A stretch of DNA of 63,989 nucleotides, the filler included, from Dimargaris cristalligena (lineage: Eukaryota), in NCBI GenBank assembly GCA_003614675.1. It is 3 parts of 3 records of this genome, joined end to end, with 100 filler letters (N's around TTAATTAATTAA, not from the genome) between each part and the next. Parts side by side here need not be neighbours in the genome. Positions count along the whole stretch, not along the records: positions 46,521 to 63,989 come from ML002800.1; 2 more parts are not named here. The stretch is one strand, 5' to 3'. The position numbers and the translations under genes were made by a program. Of the stretch, positions 61,101-63,989 are shown piece after piece; position 1 is the stretch's first letter, and each line of letters begins with the position of its first letter. Below the pieces are notes generated by a model that saw nothing but the letters and a program-made list of their open reading frames with translations, made no database searches and was not told the origin of the DNA.

Positions 61101-63989
61101 CCAATCAGATACGAGGATTTACACTCGATGAACCGCTTCTTCGTGTGTATGTCAAGCAGTTGTCATCCAACTCGTTCCGCTACCTACTGACCATTCACCA
61201 CGCCTTGATAGACGGATGGTCAATGGGCCTTATTATTAAACAACTAAGGGTTCACCTGCAAAACGGAAATCCTTCCCAAGCCGCCGCTACTCCATTACTC
61301 CGCAATTACGTTAGTTATTGCTTGCAATCGTACACCCCCGAAGCCGAATCATTCTGGCGCAATTACCTCCAGGGAGTCGAGCAGCCCACTGAGTTGGAAC
61401 TTCCCCAACCCGTGGATAAGCCTGAATTGCGGCATATGTCAGTGATTCACTTCACCTTGTTCTCTGACTATGGCCGAGTTCTGCGAATTGCCAAGCACTT
61501 GGGATGCACTCCCTATACTCTCGTTAAGGCCGCTTGGGCCATCCTGCTGAGTCGCTACACCGGCCAAACCGATGTTATATTTGGTAACACTGCGACTGGT
61601 CGAGCACTTCCCTTGGCCGGCATCGATTCTCTTGTGGGATGCCTTATTAACACTGTACCCTTCCGAGTCCGATTTGATTCAAATATGCTCGTGTCAGAGC
61701 TGATCTCGTCCATCAACACCACCTCTCAACAGATGGTTTTGTTTGAGCACCACCATGTAGCGAAAATAAATGAATGGGTAGATGGCGAGGTCCGTCCCAG
61801 CGATATGTTCAATACGCTTGTGGTTTATGAGAACTACCCTGATATTGGACTAGGAGATTTAAATCACACAGTGACATTTACAGATACCAAGTCAGCCGGA
61901 TCCACCGATTATCCCTTTACCGTTATTGCTCAAGTGGAACATGCCGAGATTACCGCATGTTTAAGCTGGGATTCGTCCCAGATAGGCCAAAACTACGTGG
62001 AGTCCTTGGCCCAGCACTTCTGTACCTTATTCAATGGACTGGTTTGCGCCCTCACCGATTCGGAAAAGCACACTCTTGTCCAGGATCTTTCGATGTTATC
62101 CGCTGATGAAACCGCCTTAGTCACGGAACAGTTCGCCTGTCCGACTCTGGCCATTGATTTCGAAGCATGCGTGCCGGACCTTTTTACTCGTTCAGTTCAG
62201 ATCAGACCAAACACTATTGCCGTGGAGTACGAGGATACTAAATGGACCTATACGTATTTGTACAGCCAGTCCCGCAGTCTCGCCCAGCGGCTGCTAGACC
62301 GAGGGATCCCGCGTGAGACACCCATTGGCCTACTCATTGACCGGGTACCCAGTACGATTGCAGCATTCATGGGCTTACAGTTGTCAGGGGCGGTTTTAGT
62401 TCCCCTTGACCCTACTTTCCCCATTGAGCGTATCCAGTATATCATAGAAGACTGCGGCATAAACCTAGTTCTTACCAATATGGCGGACCAGTTCAAACTC
62501 GATGCTATTTGCCTAGCCCTCACCCAAGTCGAAATTCAACCAATCGACTCATGGCTTACACCCCTCCAACTACCCCAAGACCGGCTGCCAGTCCTCCCGC
62601 ACATTCGCTCCTCCGACCTCTCCTATATAGTTTATACATCTGGAACCACGGGTCGGCCCAAGGGCGTTCAAATCGAACATCGTTTAATGGGCAACTTTGT
62701 CCAACAATTGGAATCAACGGTTGGTATTACCACGGGTCTACGCCTAATGCAGAATATGGCGATGACCTTTGACGGTGCCTTACTCGAAATATTTACCGGT
62801 CTTTGCAAGGGCGCCACCCTTGTTCTTCGGACGGATTTGCTGGACACACTACCCAAGGTGAATGGTTTATTCGCCACCCCTACTGTATTAGCGTCGCTTG
62901 ACCCGGCACAATACCCTAGACTTAAAACAGTCATCTCCGGCGGAGAGGCCCTTCCTCGCGAAGTGGCCGAACGCTGGGCCCACCACTCTCGAGTGTTCAA
63001 TATGTACGGGCCCACCGAGGTTCTGGCCTCACACACTTTCGAGTACAGCCTCGGCGACTCCATGACTATCGGGTTCCCAGTACCTAATACCAAGGGCTAT
63101 ATTCTCGATTGCTTCTTGCGCCCGGTTCCGATTGGGGTTCGTGGTGAAATCTATGTTGGTGGTGCGCAGGTCACGCGGGGTTATGTCAACCTGCCCGAAC
63201 TCAATAAGGCAAGATTAATCACCAACCCTTTTACCGGAGAAGGCAATATATATCGTACAGGGGACTCTGCCCGCTGGCTACCCAATGGCACCGTTGAATA
63301 CTTTTCTCGCCATGACGACCAGGTAAAAATCCGCGGTCATCGAATTGAACCTCAAGAAATTGAAACAGTTCTTCTTAGCCATCCAGATGTCCAGAGTGCT
63401 GCCGTGGTCATTATCAGTCGAAGTGTCTACGCCTTCGTCTGCCCTGGTTCCGTTTCCATCGGGTCCGTTAAGTCGCACATTAGCCGAATACTGCCAGCCT
63501 ATATGAACCCCAAAGCCCTATTCAGTATTGACGACTTACCCCGGAACACTAACGGTAAGACCGACAAGCACGTATTGGCGGCAAATATTGCTGAATTAAC
63601 CTCAATGTCTGCTGGCCGTGCCATTACAGCACCGCAGACTTCAGCTCAGATCCTGGTTGTGGAGGCCCTCAGCCAGACTTTGGATATTCCCTGTGAGGAG
63701 ATTGACATTCACGATTCATTTTTCCAACTCGGCGGTGATTCGATTTCGGCCATTCGCCTGTCCTCCCTCTGTCGAGACCATGGTCTATATATATCCATCG
63801 CCCAGGTGTTTAATTGCATCAATATCATTGAGCTGGCCGAGTGTGCTACTCATCACACCAACTTTGGCAATTCATCAGAAACCAGCCTCCCCACCCATTA
63901 CAAGCCCTACAGCTTACTTGGCGAAAAAGATCTTACTTCCTCAATGGTGGAATCTCTCCTACAAGAGGCCACCTCCCAATTAAATATCG
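49157..63989 (+). CDS. Multimodular nonribosomal peptide synthetase, intronless, >4900 aa, 3' end beyond window: partial C - A1 - T1 - E1 - C2 - degenerate A/T/C - A3 - T3 - E3 - C4 - A4 - T4 - (next domain)
   Basis: All motifs lie in one frame from ATG 49157: YTSGTTGRPKG (~50414), GGDS (Ser 51536), HHILVD (52103) with MESHGRE/RTVGWF/FNYFG, HHSLCDG (53546), FTSGTTGQPKG (~58016), GGDS (59147), HHLVVDS (59765), HHALIDG (61196), YTSGTTGRPKG (~62633), GGDS (63740). It is absent from the ORF track, consistent with no stop before the window end. Confidence 0.96.
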   Translation, partial: MFDLPPAVPIVTPSLTAVSTDYQSAIALPLSKPRISLAGYSSWVSILAFPGTLGAEHHSFVQTHRMATAIILSRYYRRPAVAFAHWRGQPSSPAVNGQVPEPFQLVLARVDPDSPISPAMLQNNAPIHIPESSGYVIEVILHTAINGSREMNPRSESGNSHSQSKEVEADPHIADLLAKSTAHLAIGCTNNQAEFTQITITYARAQYRDSAVAEFANQFVTVCAAVTQALKSDRPILIRDIAWVCNQERLRLLDFSHVNRPVQEVGQPIHHLFSDCARRYPDHLALIHGPDEWTYAQLDYASSELARVLVDRYGALPEVRIALLIPKSIAYNMVILAVFKSGAAYVPLDPDYPSDRIRFVLEDSGATLLITAEAVLGSVPDQLQIPTLTVDPYAQRPVTQVPLDFQSFPSSPSDLAYIIYTSGTTGRPKGVLVEHRGVANMATDPRLNDAYGPDRRTLQTGSIAFDGVLSITFRSLCSGSTLVISTDNLLEDLQNVNTGFLVTSFLSRLSPLDFPEMDVIVFGGESLLPEQQERWSPHCLLANHYGPTEGTVYSNMALIGPDDDITIGRPIRNVFNLVVDDDLQLVPVGVPGELLIGGVGVARGYQNLPELTAKKFIPNPFGEGRVYRTGDYVRWLPNGMIEFIGRIDNQIKLRGYRIEIDEIENVASQFSGLQQCVAVVVQDTLVLYASPISLDITGLLDYLRERLSKQMVPELVVPMADFKTTVMGKLDRQSLPAVGHLILKNSLSSITRSCIEAPHSEVEEDLRRVWGQVLQLDPDRISTTDHFFRIGGDSISAILLVSRGQQMGYQLTVPLIYQYPELRLLAQHIKIGTNNQANINSAYQEQILGEVALTPIQRWFSVTGLRNPHHFNQSFTLTVNPKATLSLAAISDAFVALANHHDILRARFQPDEGDQQWVQTIPTAAAVPADFLLLEETVSSEDYANFILRVQSSLNLTTGPVLAAVLIHNSECKSQSRLFITIHHILVDLIAWRILIEDLNTLFRGASLPPKTLPFQAWATQLGDYAATLSADIWPTQVDTDKPIADIVDLLPPPEWDTVGTQAARLSTSSEFDSDATQSLFELAPKLRVTPRDLLLATFTHAFATTIGLDQVTYCMESHGREPWSSDQDITRTVGWFTALYPLVLRVQLEQSLLDLLHHTKEAIQQIPMKGLPYALLKYTPGVAAEERAKLGAKTPAHLDVQFNYFGRFNGSNSDLMDDLLSIEWSDYFGLHDFAPHDRVIYDINPMPTVAGNCLRLIIEYNPLVYHRGVIDEFMAKWRHNLMQLANSINQPHSIDVEPLLTRFDFDHLRLSDTEFQEVISEVRRRQIPLDQVEDLLPCIALQGGLLTGLTSDATAYLVQAAFKIHGPLNADRLLKAWQAVSQQHTALRTIFIESSSKQSQGYIQAVLRSCSTAWTISEQPLKSLEEFLAHNRRRGFTLQEHMVRNFVFPTANSQVHQVIVTFHHSLCDGWSLPLLLQAWTEAYHHPNQPIPNPSASFTSVVHHVGQLHSDLTKPFWVEFLRDAPTTPAPLILLGSAGSPGWAEYLTSIDIPRADLMRCSQAHNVTVATLLRAAYALVLGRLLNQDDVVFGVTLSGRNLGLLGIDQTIGPCTNTLPFRVRLGHTSISSWLRTLHQDQVDMIPFEHSRLTDISRRTSLGRSGSLFQTLLGMENFPNFVTDLSHDFTLSDLRVHEFTEYPLAVNFIDAPCKIKVKVFYNTSNFSESAISLLIGMIQSVLRQISSVDTNTTVDQLALAVLPPNLQSVSELAANNTGDTLQPSSLVQIWDATIRDHSRHPAYVSKEYILSYGQVDQLADALAFRSSQILKQNRPSIVALVDSVEHLLVCLVSTVKLGAHLTLLASPCTLDQLTVCIELTASGAVWLPATKVEEIRPFLNGVVELVTISNVAEEHTNGAYVSHRFKPPTDVQDPSLSFISQKNSGDPVLYTASGSCIQSTLASTQHFVSDTTSIIFDYSVFLDTPQAAWLALLSLSSHGTIHALDLPLDKYNRLTSCRVTAADSLSNDLDESNRLVLCDLAQTRWSDRISLVKPTDSCLIFIESIFHGHQRVTEEQLASQSFPNVAKPSINYSLGVLDCHGHPCPPGIIGRLTFSPPLSSDFPIPERYPILGYRDCTNLVHVLGPVTQRVTVKDQQVHLGVLSQALVNAGALSPRCLILPDERIVALVANITEAELTRLEQSAAPPGTSPTLAPHAIISTHAFPHVTGLAEHLLPYFAQAYLATLPFRQSESMFETEWWLTVVVNELSASSTHSGDCSTAPLLRTSLAATLAQLELLQHRIQTKFGVNMPLGDLVKHAELRTLAPIIFEQVRQGPAKQSGDLYVKETNITSLPTSLLPCRVQPVSDRQRQIYSLSRLGDYTKQFYHQCVITFQAPLRLEVVQQAIEFLSFTFESLRTQFIPVQGVVACYVFSRVQVRVTETKLMTFQELSTDELFSEEVRLNLDQGILSQVDLYNFSTPNEEGVTSAVCLRVHDIVADSHLFSRMVNYLIMGLYGGSLDNADPFMAKVNSSQTFYKETATNYWKTLLYEPPTELILPLGHTRPLLSNFRSATVHSELDPKLVESLTNLESTGSFSQGDIWLALFASFLRRLTSQDDIIVDYSSLEDQSGNQMVRARGQPTAYIPIRCSGNWPTHIPQLAEHISLQRRQSMSQPTPSVDFYSSLVNHLGLIRISGLARARVSIYPESHDKFGHNNSRVIFPGNSQSLFTYDLELVIRETVSTYLCGLRFNPEILESPTAERLICNFLHYVQACLYPERPWTNALIVSPNESRILLQEFALGGLTAEQMAVELPASVPRLFNHVVALYPNQTATEVCGQALTYLDLMGRIHLVATGLRRAQIQPEDKIGLIVTNHPDTVVGMLAIWFVGAIYVPIDCKLPAKRQKYVIETTNCSLVLNTTNMLSRLPNILALSDLLEDSANSGNWAEIYNNHPDDLAYIVFTSGTTGQPKGVMVTHGSLNYLISNPVFKDFREAKQRLMMGSSPGFDAFILISLITLCNGSTLVFYDDNLAETLRQVNQAWLVPSVINRLNPSDYPNLKKLCIMAEPLSRKLVDKWSAVPHIYNGYGPTETTIASHFTRISSTGPITIGRPIPYYECYILDSQLQLVPIGAVGEICIGGVGVCRGYINRPDLNPIKFIDNHFTGRGKLYRTGDLGRWLTNGHVECLGRMDSQVKLRGFRIELDEIRSVLMRQPRVQDCIVFVHDQFLVTYVFPESAANNDELHIALADSLPNYMIPSYFMGLPTVPLTVNGKCDTKFLQSHFIKHLATQRKQAPLSNLALDPSSQAVEALTQALIDVLGLTFDQINLQLSFVKLGGDSISAIQLSSKCRQLGFTLPTSAILRSRTLGSLVSDMEAANSTVDQTNLLRAIQYHTPFPITSTQQWFFDHPWGNLNHFNQSFALELTGPLSALQIESALLRLINYHAILRCQFTKDGPNSPNQWAQCILPPFAGLPIPVVEVIASLSDCPSQFTSLQSSLDISKGHHLAAGLITLSERNINSSTDLASHSTAPSQTAPRQLLFLTIHHLVVDSVSWSILLEDLTRLLDGHSPVPQHLSFATWATELAEWAKQVDPVPGHQLPPMPSSSSLPLISPDNLVFNTWGNLQRLSITLDKNHSDVLMAVDAFLIQPLELMLAGLFRALYSLTQASTITVVNKSHGRHSWDSSLDPSRTIGWFTALVPCLARASPDTTTVDFIKLAKQALRSSHGTEGLHHGLQKMVNCPGLTTSAGRPYAPIDVVLNYLEHTVDHATQAQQGRGPWSVCPELISNLAVCDSDELCTQLLEIIGLPTPNGLVFTANYCPQVIATGVIESLLANFHDSLISMIELFDKTPGPSLWTPADFPDLNATLPELAKLESELSSVGLSPLDVEDLYPMLPMQQGMWTATAKDPSGYMIQLAFTVTGVSDLDQLETATRALVADHAILRTTFLTTWSSPHCDGVQIITRAPRFDWHVLQQWSDVGADSEDAFLVANQIRGFTLDEPLLRVYVKQLSSNSFRYLLTIHHALIDGWSMGLIIKQLRVHLQNGNPSQAAATPLLRNYVSYCLQSYTPEAESFWRNYLQGVEQPTELELPQPVDKPELRHMSVIHFTLFSDYGRVLRIAKHLGCTPYTLVKAAWAILLSRYTGQTDVIFGNTATGRALPLAGIDSLVGCLINTVPFRVRFDSNMLVSELISSINTTSQQMVLFEHHHVAKINEWVDGEVRPSDMFNTLVVYENYPDIGLGDLNHTVTFTDTKSAGSTDYPFTVIAQVEHAEITACLSWDSSQIGQNYVESLAQHFCTLFNGLVCALTDSEKHTLVQDLSMLSADETALVTEQFACPTLAIDFEACVPDLFTRSVQIRPNTIAVEYEDTKWTYTYLYSQSRSLAQRLLDRGIPRETPIGLLIDRVPSTIAAFMGLQLSGAVLVPLDPTFPIERIQYIIEDCGINLVLTNMADQFKLDAICLALTQVEIQPIDSWLTPLQLPQDRLPVLPHIRSSDLSYIVYTSGTTGRPKGVQIEHRLMGNFVQQLESTVGITTGLRLMQNMAMTFDGALLEIFTGLCKGATLVLRTDLLDTLPKVNGLFATPTVLASLDPAQYPRLKTVISGGEALPREVAERWAHHSRVFNMYGPTEVLASHTFEYSLGDSMTIGFPVPNTKGYILDCFLRPVPIGVRGEIYVGGAQVTRGYVNLPELNKARLITNPFTGEGNIYRTGDSARWLPNGTVEYFSRHDDQVKIRGHRIEPQEIETVLLSHPDVQSAAVVIISRSVYAFVCPGSVSIGSVKSHISRILPAYMNPKALFSIDDLPRNTNGKTDKHVLAANIAELTSMSAGRAITAPQTSAQILVVEALSQTLDIPCEEIDIHDSFFQLGGDSISAIRLSSLCRDHGLYISIAQVFNCINIIELAECATHHTNFGNSSETSLPTHYKPYSLLGEKDLTSSMVESLLQEATSQLNI

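Overview
Intron-containing eukaryotic (fungal) genomic DNA made of three unrelated contigs joined by artificial 100-nt spacers (44 N + TTAATTAATTAA + 44 N at 23183-23282 and 46421-46520), so no gene linkage can be inferred across the spacers. Gene content suggests an early-diverging fungus, possibly Zoopagomycota/Dimargaris-like (inference only). Contig 1 (1-23182) holds a CpG-free repeat/LTR relic, a single-pass membrane protein, a Pro/Gln/His-rich orphan, an unusual PAW (PNGase mannose-binding) + BTB/BACK-like protein, an ABCG half-transporter, two small secreted peptides and a truncated orphan. Contig 2 (23283-46420) holds inverted CpG-decayed repeats, riboflavin kinase, tRNA-Ser(GCT), the Rad1/Rec1 9-1-1 clamp subunit, ATG1 kinase, an Emi1/DUF3128 protein and the 3' part of a GH47 alpha-1,2-mannosidase. 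Contig 3 (46521-63989) holds an intronless NRPS ORF of more than 14.8 kb, missing from the ORF track because it has no stop inside the window. Its architecture is partial C-A-T-E-C-[dead A-T-C]-A-T-E(Glu->Lys)-C-A-T-... The most interesting items are the PAW-BTB fusion (candidate Cullin3 glycan-recognising ubiquitin-ligase adaptor), the in-frame catalytically dead NRPS unit, and complete CpG erasure in repeats.
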